A DNA stretch of 64,000 nt from Coriobacteriia bacterium (GCA_014859305.1 JACUUM010000003.1:550-64549), one strand, 5' to 3'. Shown: positions 29,092 to 39,156, numbered from the stretch's first letter. Notes: generated by a model not told the origin, from the letters alone. Translations and numbers: made by a program.

Positions 29092-30583
29092 GGACCGACT
29101 CGCCGACGTGCTCGGGCGCTGGGAGCCGGTCATCGGGCTGGAGATCCACACCGAGCTCACCACGCTCGCAAGCAAGATGTTCTGCGGCTGTCCGGTGGCC
29201 TTCGGAGGGGAGCCGAACACCCGGGTCTGTCCGGTGTGCCTCGGCCTGCCCGGCGCGCTGCCCGTGCCGAACGAGGCCGCGGTGGAGGCGACCGTGCTCG
29301 CCGGGCTCGCGCTGGACGGCGAGATCAGCCGCTTCAGCCGGTTCCACCGCAAGAACTACTTCTATCCGGACATGCCCAAGGACTACCAGATCTCCCAGTA
29401 CGACCTGCCGTTCTGCATCGGCGGCCACTTGGACGTGGAGGTCGAGGCCGACGGCGTGGGCTACGTCCGCCGGGTCGGCGTCACCCGCATCCACCTGGAG
29501 GAGGACACCGGCAAGATGGTGCACGTCGGCGGCGCCGAGGGACGTATCGCCGGCGCGACGAAGTCGCTCGTGGACTTCAACCGGGCGGGAACGCCGCTGA
29601 TGGAGCTCGTGACCGAGCCGGACATCCGTCATCCCGAGGAGGCCCGCCGTTTCGCCGCCAAGCTGCGGCAGGTCTTCCTCACGCTGGGCATCTCGGACGT
29701 GAACATGGAGGAGGGCTCGCTGCGCGTCGACGCCAACGTCTCGGTGCGCGCGAAGGGCACGACCGAGTTCGGCACCAAGTCCGAGGTCAAGAACATGAAC
29801 TCGTTCAAGGCGCTGCATGACGCCCTCGCATACGAGGTCGTGCGTCAGGCCGACGTGCTGGAGGATGGCGGGCGAGTGGTGCAGGAGACGCGCCACTGGG
29901 ACGCGGGCGCCAAGGTCACCTCGGCTCTGCGCTCCAAGGAGGAGGCGCACGACTACCGGTACTTCCCGGAGCCGGACATGGTCCCGTTCACCTTCGACGA
30001 CGCCTACGTGGACCGCGTCCGCGAGCGCCTCCCCGAGCTGCCGGACGCGAAGAAGGCACGGTTCGTCACGACCTTCGGATTGCCCGACCATGACGCGACC
30101 GTGCTGACGAGCGACCTGGACATGGCGGAATTCTACGAGGCTGCGGTCACGATCTCCGGCGTCGAGCGAGCCAAGCCCGTCGCGAACTGGATGCTCGGGG
30201 AGCTCTCCGCGCGTCTCAACGCCGCCGGCATAGGAGTACGGCAGTCCAACGTCGTGCCCTCCATGGTCGCCGAGATCGTAGCGCTGGTGGAGGACGGCAC
30301 GATCTCGGGTGCGCAGGCCAAGGAGGTCTTCGGCGAGATGGCCGAGACCGGAGACGCGCCCGGAGCGATCGTCGAGATGCGCGGGATGAAGCAGCTCTCC
30401 GACGCGGGCGAGGTCGAGTCGGTCGTGGAGCGCGTGCTGGCGGCGAACCCCGACGAGGTGGCGAGCTACCGGAGCGGCAAGGCCGGGCTGCTGGGCTTCT
30501 TCGTCGGGCAGGTGATGAAGGAGACCCGCGGCCAGGCCAACCCGAAGGTCGTCAACGAGGTGCTCAGGCGGAAGCTGGGGTAG
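29084..30583 (+). CDS. gatB: Asp/Glu-tRNA(Asn/Gln) amidotransferase subunit B
   Basis: WEPVIGLEIHTEL, CPVCLGLPGALP and a YqeY-like tail. GTG 29084 lies 8 nt after GGAGG (the ORF is open from 29060). Confidence 0.95.
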   Translation: MGRDRLADVLGRWEPVIGLEIHTELTTLASKMFCGCPVAFGGEPNTRVCPVCLGLPGALPVPNEAAVEATVLAGLALDGEISRFSRFHRKNYFYPDMPKDYQISQYDLPFCIGGHLDVEVEADGVGYVRRVGVTRIHLEEDTGKMVHVGGAEGRIAGATKSLVDFNRAGTPLMELVTEPDIRHPEEARRFAAKLRQVFLTLGISDVNMEEGSLRVDANVSVRAKGTTEFGTKSEVKNMNSFKALHDALAYEVVRQADVLEDGGRVVQETRHWDAGAKVTSALRSKEEAHDYRYFPEPDMVPFTFDDAYVDRVRERLPELPDAKKARFVTTFGLPDHDATVLTSDLDMAEFYEAAVTISGVERAKPVANWMLGELSARLNAAGIGVRQSNVVPSMVAEIVALVEDGTISGAQAKEVFGEMAETGDAPGAIVEMRGMKQLSDAGEVESVVERVLAANPDEVASYRSGKAGLLGFFVGQVMKETRGQANPKVVNEVLRRKLG

Positions 30584-30638
30584 CAGGAGCGGGGAGGTCC
30601 GCTGCCCGCTATCCTCCCGAGGACGAGGAGGGGCCGTC

Positions 30639-30914
30639 TTGGAGCCCGTCGGACACAGGGTGCGCGTCGAGGTCGTCGAGATCATGGGCGGCGGCCGCTG
30701 CCCCGCCGGCATCGAGGTGGGCCGGGTGTGGGAGGTGGTCGACGGCACGGTGCCCGAGGGGATGTGCGCCTCGGCGTTCCACACCGTCCATCCGTTCGTG
30801 ATGACGCTGCGCTTCGGGGGCGTCTTCCCGTGGAGCGGCGGGCCTCGGGCGCGGCTGTGCTGCCCGGACGCCGAGAACCCGGTGGTGTTCGTCGTCGAGC
30901 GGGACGAGACGTAG
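30639..30914 (+). CDS. TIGR04076-family small Cys-containing protein
   Basis: 91 aa: GGGRCPAGIEVG...GMCASAFHTVHPFVMTLRFGGVFPW...CCPD. TTG start lies 5 nt after GAGGAGGGG. Confidence 0.65.
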   Translation: MEPVGHRVRVEVVEIMGGGRCPAGIEVGRVWEVVDGTVPEGMCASAFHTVHPFVMTLRFGGVFPWSGGPRARLCCPDAENPVVFVVERDET

Positions 30915-30969
30915 CGGGGCCGGAGCGCCCACGTGCCGTGAGCGTGCGGCGGCCTCGCCCGCGCGACCG

Positions 30970-31570
30970 CTACGGCATCGGGGGAGAGATCGGCTCGTCG
31001 GTCGCGACGTGGGTGGGCTGAGGCGGCACGGGACGCAGGTGCCCGCCCCGGTCGATCCGCACCGCCGCGGGCAGCGAGGCCAGCGCGACCACGAGCACGA
31101 TCGTCAGCCCGCCGAGGAGCGTCTGCTGGACCCCGAAGGCGGCCGCCGCCGCGGGCGCGAACGCCAGAGGCAGCAACTCGGACCCGCGGCTCAGCATCTC
31201 GGACGTCCCGATGACCCTCCCTACCGCGGGCTTCGGTGTGTCGCGGTGTATGAGCGTGCGCTGCAGCGGGACGAAGAACCCGGCGGTGGCTCCCAGGGCG
31301 ACGGCGCTCAGAGCGACGATACGCAGGTCCGGCGTCGCCACGTACGCCATCCCGCTGCCCGCCACCGCCACCACCGCCGCGCCGAGCGAGGCCGCCGTGA
31401 CCCGGCGCTCGGGCAGGCGCGCGAGCGCGAGCGCGCCGAGCACGAAGCCGGGTCGCGCCGAGTTCGAAGGCGGCCTTGCCCCACACCCCGACGAAGAACG
31501 CGGCCTCGCTGCCGGCTCGCGCGAGGAAGCGCGCGAGGACGATGCGGTACAGGTTGCGGCGGGCGGCCAT
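30970..31570 (-). pseudogene. MFS-transporter remnant (half-size, frameshifted)
   Basis: The N-terminal 40 aa (MAARRNLYRIVLARFLARAGSEAAFFVGVWGKAAFELGAT) lie in one frame. The remaining 170 aa or so of TM-rich sequence (PGFVLGALALARLPERR...) lie in another frame, joining near 31450. The total is about half of a normal MFS. Confidence 0.5.
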
Positions 31571-31717
31571 GGCGGCGGACGACCTTCCGGTATCTGCATA
31601 CGGCGGGGGACAGGTTGCATACGGTAGCACAGGTCGGGCGCCGGTCCGCCGGCGCCGCCGGGCCGCTCCCGGCGCGATCCGCGCGGGCGCGGTCCCCGGG
31701 GCCGCGTGTGGTCAACG

Positions 31718-33304
31718 CTACAGGAACGGCAGCACCACCGCGGCCGTGAACAGCACCAGCGCCGCGGCGATGTAGCGGTAGTTCAGGTACCAGGGCGTCC
31801 CGGCGAGGTCCTCGGACTCGCGGCGCCACGTGTCGCGCGTCCAGAGGTACTCGCGGACCGCCTCCTCGGTGGGCGCTTCGGTCAGCAGCGACACGACCAC
31901 GAACAGCACCGCGCTGAACGCCAGCATGATGCCGGTGCCGTAGAGGAACTGCACGTCGAAGAGCTCCATGAACTCGCCGGTGGCGAACTTCACGATACCT
32001 GTCGGTATCCCTATCAGCAGCGTGTAGAAGGCCGCCTGCCGGGTCGCGCGCTTCCACAGCAGGCCGCCGAGGAACACCACGACGACCGGCATCGTGATGT
32101 GTCCGAGGAACGACTGGAAGTACTCCACGATCGTGGGGAAGTTCCTGATCTGCGGCGCCCACAGCGCGGCGACCACCATGAAGACGCCGACCGCGATCCG
32201 CGACATGGCGAGCAGCTGGGCGTCGGAGAAGTCGCGCTTCCGCGTCCTCACGAAGTCGTTGATCACCAGCGAGCCGGCGCCGTTCAGCACGGAGTCCAGC
32301 GTCGACATCAGCGCGACCACGAGAGCGGCGAGGATCAGACCGCGCAGCCCCACGGGCAGGAAGTCGAACGCCAGCGCCGGCCAGATCTGGTCGGGGTCCT
32401 CCAGGCCCGGGTACAGCGCCCGGCCCATGAGGCCGGGCATGATGAGCAGCGGCAGGAACCACAGCTGGGTGAAGCCGGCGAACAGCGCGCCCCATCGGCC
32501 GTGGTTGAGGTCCTTGGCGGCGAGCACCTTCTGCACCACGACATGGTTGGTCGTCCAGTAGTAGAAGCCCAGGAACAGCACCCCCGTGAAGACACCAGGC
32601 CACGGCAGGAAGGCGTCGCCGGGCGGGTTGACGACGGAGAGGCCGTTCTCCGGGGCGATCTCCCGCAACGTCGAGAGCGACCAGCCCAGCTCGCCCATCA
32701 GCAGGAAGAAGAACAAGCCTCCTGCGAGAAGCAACAGCACGCCGTCGATCGTGTCGGTGATCATGACGGCCTGCAGCCCCCCGGCGATCACGTATATCCC
32801 GCCGAAGATCGCGATGACCCATATCAACAGGTACAGCGGGATGTCCGGGAAGAGCAGCTGCAGGGTGATCCCGCCGGCGAACAGCGCTCCGGCTGCGTCG
32901 ATGAACATCGCGGTGAAGATCGTGAACGCCGAGAAGACGTAGCGCGACCGCCGGTCGTAGCGCTCCTCGAGGAACTGCGGCATCGTGTCGACCTTGGAAC
33001 GCAGGTAGAACGGCATGATGAACAGGGCGAACACCACGAGGACGAGCGTGGCCATCCACTCGTAGTTCCACACCGCGACGCCGTCCTCGTAGCCCGCGCC
33101 GGCGAGCCCGATGTAGTGCGTGCCGGAGAAGTTCGCGGCCATCAGCGAGAAGCCCACCAGGGGCCAGATCATGCCGCGCCCCGCAAGGAAGTAGCCTTCC
33201 GAGTTCTCCTTGCCGCGGCCGACCCATAGGCCGATACCGATGATCACCCCGACGTACGCGACAGCGATCACCAGGTCGATCGCCGTAAGCTCGAACTCGG
33301 GCAT
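31718..33304 (-). CDS. sodium:solute symporter family (SSF) transporter
   Basis: 528 aa with about 13-14 TM helices. YFLAGRGM...MAANFSG...MPQFLEERY are typical of SSF. Confidence 0.85.
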   Translation of the reverse strand: MPEFELTAIDLVIAVAYVGVIIGIGLWVGRGKENSEGYFLAGRGMIWPLVGFSLMAANFSGTHYIGLAGAGYEDGVAVWNYEWMATLVLVVFALFIMPFYLRSKVDTMPQFLEERYDRRSRYVFSAFTIFTAMFIDAAGALFAGGITLQLLFPDIPLYLLIWVIAIFGGIYVIAGGLQAVMITDTIDGVLLLLAGGLFFFLLMGELGWSLSTLREIAPENGLSVVNPPGDAFLPWPGVFTGVLFLGFYYWTTNHVVVQKVLAAKDLNHGRWGALFAGFTQLWFLPLLIMPGLMGRALYPGLEDPDQIWPALAFDFLPVGLRGLILAALVVALMSTLDSVLNGAGSLVINDFVRTRKRDFSDAQLLAMSRIAVGVFMVVAALWAPQIRNFPTIVEYFQSFLGHITMPVVVVFLGGLLWKRATRQAAFYTLLIGIPTGIVKFATGEFMELFDVQFLYGTGIMLAFSAVLFVVVSLLTEAPTEEAVREYLWTRDTWRRESEDLAGTPWYLNYRYIAAALVLFTAAVVLPFL

Positions 33305-33381
33305 GGCGTTCCTCCCCCCCGGGCTTCGGTCGTGAAGCTGGGGACTTCATTCCCCGGTTCTACGGCGTGCGGCGCGTCATC

Positions 33382-34857
33382 TCAGGCTCGTGCAGCCGCT
33401 GCCGGTCGCTCGACGGGCAGATCCAGCGCTCGCCAGGCCGTCATGCCGCCCAGCATCACGTCTAGCTCGCAGCGCCCCGCCCGCTCGAGGAGGCTCGCGC
33501 CGGTCATGGAGCGCACGCCCGTGCTGCACACGACCGTGACGGGCCGGTCCCGAGGGACCTCGCCGATGCGTGCCCGCAACTCGTGCAAGGGGATGTGTTG
33601 CGCTCCGCCGATCACTCCGGACTGCTCCAGCTCGGCCGTCCTGCGTACGTCCAGCACGTGGACCCCGGCGCCGGCGTGTCCGTGTCCGCAACCGCACCCG
33701 CCCCGGCCGCAGCCGCCGTCGCCGAGCACGCGTTCGGCCTCCTCGGCGGAACCGGAGAGCCAGTAGAACAGCTCGCGGGCATCCGGCGTGCCGTACTCGC
33801 TGCCGGGATGACCCGAGGTGAGCCAGCGCATCATGCCGCCCCCGTCGAGAACGCCGGCGATGCGGTCGAAGCCGAGGCGGACGAGTTGCCGGACCGCCTC
33901 GGAGGCGTCGGCGCCCTCCGTCACGAGCAGCAGCGGGCTGTCGGCGTCGAGCATCCAGCCCGCCCATGCGCCGATCTCGTCGAGCTGGATGAAGAGCGAG
34001 CGGGGGACGTGGGCGGCTGCGAAGCAGTCCTTCGATCGCGTGTCGAGGACCAGCGCGCCATCCTCGGCCCGGGCGGCGAACTCGGCGGGGGAGAGCGGCT
34101 CGGGCTCCGCCGGGCGCGGCATACGCGGCGGATCGAGGTTAGCCTCGCGCATCCGTGCGAAGTACGGCGGCACCGGCAGCGCTCGGGACTGCTCGGCATG
34201 CAGAACGACGAACTCGTCGCGCCTCAGCGAGAGCTTCGGGCTGAGGCGCCACTCCAGCCCGAGCGTCGTCCATGGACGGTCGGCGATAGCCGCGCCGCAC
34301 GCCGAGCCCCCGCCGTGCGCGGGGCAGAGAAGGACGCCGTCCCCCAGCGGCAGGATGACGCGCTGCAGGGACTGGTGCAGCTGCTCGGCGGCCTCCTCGG
34401 CTCTCTCGTCGCCCGCCAGGTCGGTGCGCCCGAGCTCGCCGGCCATCAGAGCGTCTCCTGAGAAGAGCATCTCGGGCGTGCCCCCGGCCTCGCGCAGCAC
34501 GTACGCGACGTGCCCGGCCGTGTGCCCCGGGGTGGGCAGCGCCTCCAGCGTCCGGTCGCCGATCCGCCAACGCTGTCTCGGTTCGACCGCCTCGCCGTAA
34601 CGGTAGGTCTCCCCCGCGTCGGCGTGCCAGATTCGCGCGCCCGTGCGTTCGGCGAGCTCCACGCTGCCGAGCACGAAGTCCTCGTGCCGATGCGTCTCGA
34701 GCACGTGCGCGACGCGCATGCCGTGACGGGCGGTGAGCTCAACGTACGCGTCGACGTCGCGGCGAGGGTCGATCACGACGGCCTCGCCGTCCGCTGCCAG
34801 CACGTACGAGAAGTGGGCGAGCCCGACGGACTCGATGCGCTCGAACAGCGGTGGCAT
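33382..34857 (-). CDS. MBL-fold hydrolase (persulfide-dioxygenase-like) fused to two rhodanese domains
   Basis: THRHEDF and PTPGHTAGH metal motifs. A first rhodanese without the catalytic Cys, then a second with VVCSTGVRS. ATG 34857 lies 10 nt after GGAGG (the ORF is open from 34893). Confidence 0.8.
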   Translation of the reverse strand: MPPLFERIESVGLAHFSYVLAADGEAVVIDPRRDVDAYVELTARHGMRVAHVLETHRHEDFVLGSVELAERTGARIWHADAGETYRYGEAVEPRQRWRIGDRTLEALPTPGHTAGHVAYVLREAGGTPEMLFSGDALMAGELGRTDLAGDERAEEAAEQLHQSLQRVILPLGDGVLLCPAHGGGSACGAAIADRPWTTLGLEWRLSPKLSLRRDEFVVLHAEQSRALPVPPYFARMREANLDPPRMPRPAEPEPLSPAEFAARAEDGALVLDTRSKDCFAAAHVPRSLFIQLDEIGAWAGWMLDADSPLLLVTEGADASEAVRQLVRLGFDRIAGVLDGGGMMRWLTSGHPGSEYGTPDARELFYWLSGSAEEAERVLGDGGCGRGGCGCGHGHAGAGVHVLDVRRTAELEQSGVIGGAQHIPLHELRARIGEVPRDRPVTVVCSTGVRSMTGASLLERAGRCELDVMLGGMTAWRALDLPVERPAAAARA

Positions 34858-35199
34858 CGCGTGTACGCCTCCAGGTGGACGGCGATCCTTCACGCGGTTC
34901 TTCCCCCCCGGGGCCGAGAGTTCCCTTCCCGACGTAGAGACCGTCAGTTCCGCGGCCTCCCGGCGTTCTCCTATCGAAGCGTCGGAACGCGTTGCGCGCC
35001 GGCGGACGCATCACGACCGGCGAGAGGGCCGGTCAGGGAAGGGGTTGCGGGAGCATGACACGCTTGACGAGGTGGGCGCTGGCAGGGGCCGACCCGAGCG
35101 CCGAGGCACGCGCCGGTCGGGTGCCGGCGAGGGCGGGGACGAAGGGCGCCCTGCGGGCGGTGTCCACGAACGCGCCTTGGTCGCGGGCCGCAGCGTCCC

Positions 35200-36087
35200 T
35201 CACGACCGCCGCAGCCGGAACACGCCGCCGAGACCGGCGTAGCGCCCGTCGTGCAACGGCAGCCCCTTCGAGTCGAGCGTGAGGCGCTCGAGGAACCTGC
35301 GGCTCTCGCGCGGCAGGACGGGGCAGTCCGCCGCATCGCTCAGCGAGCGCTTCACACACGCGACCTCGGGGCGCGAGAAGTACCCGCCCACGAACTCTCC
35401 GACGAGACCCGCCTTCCGCGCCAGGCCGAGGAAGTCCTTCGGACGCCACAGCCGTACGTCGCCTCCGCCATGGGAGCGGCCGTCCTCGGCGAAGGCGGCC
35501 TCGAGGCAACGAGGCGGCGGACGGTCGTCGGCAAGCGGGCGCTCGTAGGCGACGCGCAGGTGTAGCCAGACGCTTTCGCGGTTGTAGACCATCACGTTCG
35601 CGCGGCCGCCGGGCGCGAGCAGGCGCCGGAACTCGCGCAGGACCGCGAGCGGGTCGTTCGTGCGCGCGAGCGCGCCGTTGGCGAGGATGAAATGGAACGC
35701 CCCCTCGCGGATCGGCAGTCCCGGTGAGCCGGGGGCGAGCTCCCACAGCAGTGCACGCTCCCCGAGCGAGGGGTGGACCGCGAGCCGTTCGCGGGCGAGC
35801 CGCAGCGCCGCGTCACCGGCCTCCGCGCCGATCGCGAGCCGCACCTTGGAGTGCAGGAGCAGCCCGGTGATGTCGGCGCCCGAGCCGCAGCCGTAGTCCA
35901 GCACGATCTCGTCGTCGTGCCCGTCCCACAGCTCGAGCATCCTGCACATCCTCGGGTAGCGCCGGTCACGCAGCGCCAGCGCGAGGCGCGACTCGACGGC
36001 GCTGCTCACGGTCGCCTCGAGCACCGTGTCCCGTGACCACGGGGCATCCACGCCGCGCTCCCGCTGCCGCGCCTGATCCGTGATCAC
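35200..36087 (-). CDS. class I SAM-dependent methyltransferase
   Basis: Motif I VLDYGCGSG. Post-I and motif II-like segments (FILANGAL, LLAPGGRANVMVYN). Confidence 0.7.
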   Translation of the reverse strand: MITDQARQRERGVDAPWSRDTVLEATVSSAVESRLALALRDRRYPRMCRMLELWDGHDDEIVLDYGCGSGADITGLLLHSKVRLAIGAEAGDAALRLARERLAVHPSLGERALLWELAPGSPGLPIREGAFHFILANGALARTNDPLAVLREFRRLLAPGGRANVMVYNRESVWLHLRVAYERPLADDRPPPRCLEAAFAEDGRSHGGGDVRLWRPKDFLGLARKAGLVGEFVGGYFSRPEVACVKRSLSDAADCPVLPRESRRFLERLTLDSKGLPLHDGRYAGLGGVFRLRRS

Positions 36088-36152
36088 CGATCCTCCTTCC
36101 GCCGAGGAGGAGTCTTTACCCAGGGTTCACCCGAGGTACGAGGGGCATGGCC

Positions 36153-36929
36153 TCACCGCTCCTCCGGCGCGCCGCAAACGGTCTCCACCTGCCCGTCGAG
36201 CGGCCGGGCCAGCCGCCCGTCCTCCAGCCACAGCACGCGGTCGGCGAGCTCGCGGATGCGCTGGTCGTGGCTCACGATGACCACGCTCGCTCCGTGCCGG
36301 TCCGCCGCGCCGCGCAGCCGCTCGACGACGTCGCGGCCCGCGCGCGAATCCAGGTTCGCCGTGGGCTCGTCGCACAGCAGCACCTCGGGTCCGTTGGCCA
36401 GCGCGCGGGCGATGGCCACGCGCTGCTTCTCGCCGCCGGAGAGCTGCTCGGGCAGGAAGGCGAGGCGCTCTCCGAGCCCGAGCTCGCGCAGGAGTTCCTC
36501 GGCTCGGCGCTTGGCCTCCCGGCGCGGGACGCGCGCGAAGCCCAGGACCGCCTCCACGTTCTCGCGCGCGGTGAGTGCCGAGAGCAGGTTGAAGTCCTGG
36601 AAGACGAAGCCCAGGTGGCGGATGCGCACCGCCGGGAGCTTGCGCTCGGAGAGAGCGGTGACGTCGGACTCGCCGACCACCACGCGGCCGGCGTCGGGGT
36701 GCAGCAGCGCGCCCATGATCGACAGCAGCGTGGTCTTGCCGCTGCCCGAGGGCCCCATCACGAGCACCATCTCGCCTGCGCGCACGTCCACGTCGACGCC
36801 GCGCAGCGCCTCGACTCGGGCGTGCCCGCTGCCGAACGCCTTCGCGACGCCCTCCACGCGCAGCTTGACGCCCGCGCCGCCCGCCACGCGCCCGCCGCCC
36901 CCCGCGCCGCCCGCCGCAGCCCCGCTCAC
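36153..36929 (-). CDS. ABC transporter ATP-binding protein (MacB/LolD-type)
   Basis: Walker A GPSGSGKTT, signature LSGGEKQR and Walker B LLCDEP. The GTG start overlaps the permease stop. Confidence 0.9.
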   Translation of the reverse strand: MSGAAAGGAGGGGRVAGGAGVKLRVEGVAKAFGSGHARVEALRGVDVDVRAGEMVLVMGPSGSGKTTLLSIMGALLHPDAGRVVVGESDVTALSERKLPAVRIRHLGFVFQDFNLLSALTARENVEAVLGFARVPRREAKRRAEELLRELGLGERLAFLPEQLSGGEKQRVAIARALANGPEVLLCDEPTANLDSRAGRDVVERLRGAADRHGASVVIVSHDQRIRELADRVLWLEDGRLARPLDGQVETVCGAPEER

Positions 36930-38044
36930 CGCCTGAACACCTCCGCCGGGTCGATCGCCGCCACCCTCGCGATCGGGACGACCGCCGCGGCCAGCGCGAC
37001 CCCTGCCGCCGCCGCCAGCACGCGCGCGACGGTGCCCGCCTCCAGCGCCATGGGGATACCCGACGCGGTCTCCCGCAACGCGTACTGCACGACAGCCGCT
37101 CCCGCCAGGCCGAGTCCGGCACCCAGGGCGGCGGCGATGGCCGTCTGGGCGAGCACCGTGCCGAAGAGCGAGCGGCTCGGGGCGCCGACGGCCTTCAGAA
37201 GCCCGTACTCGGGGAGCTTCGACAGAGTGGCGGTGTATGCGGTCAGACCCGTCACGGCAAGGCCGATGAGCAGCGCCACGCTCACCATCATGCGCATCAG
37301 GTCGATGCTCACGTCCGCGACGACCTGCCGCTCCTCGGCGGCGAAGCGCGAGCGGGTCTGCACGGTGACGCCGTCGAGCTGACGGCGCAGCGCGTCGGCG
37401 ACCTCCTCGGCGTCCGCGCCGCTCTCGAGGTCGACGAGCACGAAGCTGACCCTGTCCTGCAGGCCCCGGGCCTGCTCGAGGTCGGCGAAGCGCACGAACG
37501 CGATCGAGTTGAGCACGGTCACGGCCCCGCGCGAGAGCCCGCCGATGCGGAAGGTCGTGCCGGCTGCGGTCACCTCGTCGCCGATCCCCACGCCGACGTC
37601 GCGTGCGAGCTGCTCGTCGATCAGGATCTCGCCGGGCGCGGGGTGCTCGTCGCCTTCGGCACGGGCCCAGGGGCCGCCGTTGTCGCCACGGCGGTAGCCG
37701 ATGAGGTAGGCGATGGAGCGCTCGTCGTCGGCGATGAGGAAGGTGGTCTCGTACAGGATCGGGTCGGCTTCGGCCACCCCCTCCGTCGCGCGGATCAGCT
37801 CGACGTAGGCAGCGGGGAACTGTGAGCTGGACATGTGGAAGCTGCGGACGCCCTCCTGCGAGACGACCAGGTCGAACCCGGTGTTGTCCATGTACGTCGT
37901 CGCCTGGCGCGTGGCTCCGGCATAGATCCCCTCGATGGTCAGTATGAGCAGCGCGGCCAGGCCGATACCGCCGACGCCGATGAGCAGCCGCGGGGGGCTC
38001 TGGAAGAGGTTGCGCAGGGCGAGGCGGACGAGCACCGGCGTCAC
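36926..38044 (-). CDS. ABC transporter permease (FtsX/MacB-type)
   Basis: GTG 38044 overlaps the upstream stop. N-terminal TM, an extracytoplasmic domain of about 200 aa, and a C-terminal FtsX 3-TM bundle. Confidence 0.85.
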   Translation of the reverse strand: MTPVLVRLALRNLFQSPPRLLIGVGGIGLAALLILTIEGIYAGATRQATTYMDNTGFDLVVSQEGVRSFHMSSSQFPAAYVELIRATEGVAEADPILYETTFLIADDERSIAYLIGYRRGDNGGPWARAEGDEHPAPGEILIDEQLARDVGVGIGDEVTAAGTTFRIGGLSRGAVTVLNSIAFVRFADLEQARGLQDRVSFVLVDLESGADAEEVADALRRQLDGVTVQTRSRFAAEERQVVADVSIDLMRMMVSVALLIGLAVTGLTAYTATLSKLPEYGLLKAVGAPSRSLFGTVLAQTAIAAALGAGLGLAGAAVVQYALRETASGIPMALEAGTVARVLAAAAGVALAAAVVPIARVAAIDPAEVFRR

Positions 38045-39156
38045 ACCCCCCGCCGGAACGCGATCGCGGGGTCTATGCGGGCGACCAGCCACGATGGAAT
38101 GAACGTCGCCAGGGCGCCCATCGCCAGCGTGGCCGCACCCGTGCGGACGAGTGCGGGCGCGTCCACGAGCACGAGGAAGCGCGGGTTGATCCACGCGATG
38201 ACCTCGCCGGCGGCCAGCGCGAGTCCTACGCCGACGACGAACCCGACGGACGCCGCGACCAGCGCCTGGACCAGCACCACGCCGAAGAGTCGCGGGTTGG
38301 GGATGCCGATCGCCTTGAGCGTGCCGTACTCGCGGCGGCGCTCCGCGGTGGCGTTGTACATCGCGATGCCGACGACCGTCGTGCCGATGAGGAAGCCCAC
38401 CAGCGCCATGAAGCCCAGCGTGCGGTTGACGAAGCGGCCGTAGAGCTCGCGATCGTTCGCGGCGATCAGCTGCCGTGAGGAGACCGCGGCGTCGCCTCCG
38501 AGACGGCGCTCGAGGTCGTCGATCACGGGTCCGGCTTCCCGCCCTTCCTCCAGCGTGACCAGCAGGAACGACGGGTCGCCGTCAGCCGTCACGAGCTCGG
38601 CGGCGCCGTCGTAGGTCACGAACAGCATGCCGGCCAGCCAGGTGTAGGTGTCCTCGGAGAGGCCGACGATCCGCAGGTCCCGGCCGAGGACCTCCAGCTC
38701 GTCCCCGACGCGCAGCCCCTGCAGCTCGGCGATCGTCGCGTCGGCGACCACCTCGTCGGTCTCGCGCGGCTCCCGGCCCTCCACCATCCGCCACGGCCCG
38801 CCGCCGCGGTCCGCGTCGTACCCGACGAGCAGCGAGAACTCGGAGCGGCCGGTCGGGGCGATCGTGACGTACTGGGCGACGATCGGGGCGACGCGCGAGA
38901 CGCCCTCGGCGTCCTCGGCCACGCCCTGCAGGCGCTCGGGCAGGCTGGAGCGCGCGCCGATGAAGTTGCGGGTGCCGGGTTGGGAGACGATGAGATCGCC
39001 GGGGCTGTTGCGCACGTACGACGTCAGGCGGTCGTTGATGCCGTGGTACATGCCGTTGAGCACCAGCACGAGCATGACGGCCAGCGCCACGCCCCCGCTG
39101 GTGATCGCGAAGCGCGTCTTCTCCTGCAGCATGCTGCGCGCGCCGACCGAGACCAA
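38041..39156 (-). CDS. ABC transporter permease (FtsX/MacB-type)
   Basis: Paralogous architecture to 36926..38044. TTG 39156 lies 8 nt after GAGAGG (alternative ATG at 39132). Confidence 0.85.
   Translation of the reverse strand: MVSVGARSMLQEKTRFAITSGGVALAVMLVLVLNGMYHGINDRLTSYVRNSPGDLIVSQPGTRNFIGARSSLPERLQGVAEDAEGVSRVAPIVAQYVTIAPTGRSEFSLLVGYDADRGGGPWRMVEGREPRETDEVVADATIAELQGLRVGDELEVLGRDLRIVGLSEDTYTWLAGMLFVTYDGAAELVTADGDPSFLLVTLEEGREAGPVIDDLERRLGGDAAVSSRQLIAANDRELYGRFVNRTLGFMALVGFLIGTTVVGIAMYNATAERRREYGTLKAIGIPNPRLFGVVLVQALVAASVGFVVGVGLALAAGEVIAWINPRFLVLVDAPALVRTGAATLAMGALATFIPSWLVARIDPAIAFRRGV

Noticed and set aside
25555-29352. 1265-aa ORF on the minus strand
   Set aside because: It lies antisense to the CPBP genes and gatCAB, and its composition is low-complexity Arg/Ser/Ala/Pro. 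It is a shadow ORF.
34992-35282. 96-aa + strand ORF inside the long spacer
   Set aside because: Its composition is Arg/Ala/Gly/Thr low complexity. It has no SD, and it overlaps the 3' end of the methyltransferase gene on the other strand.
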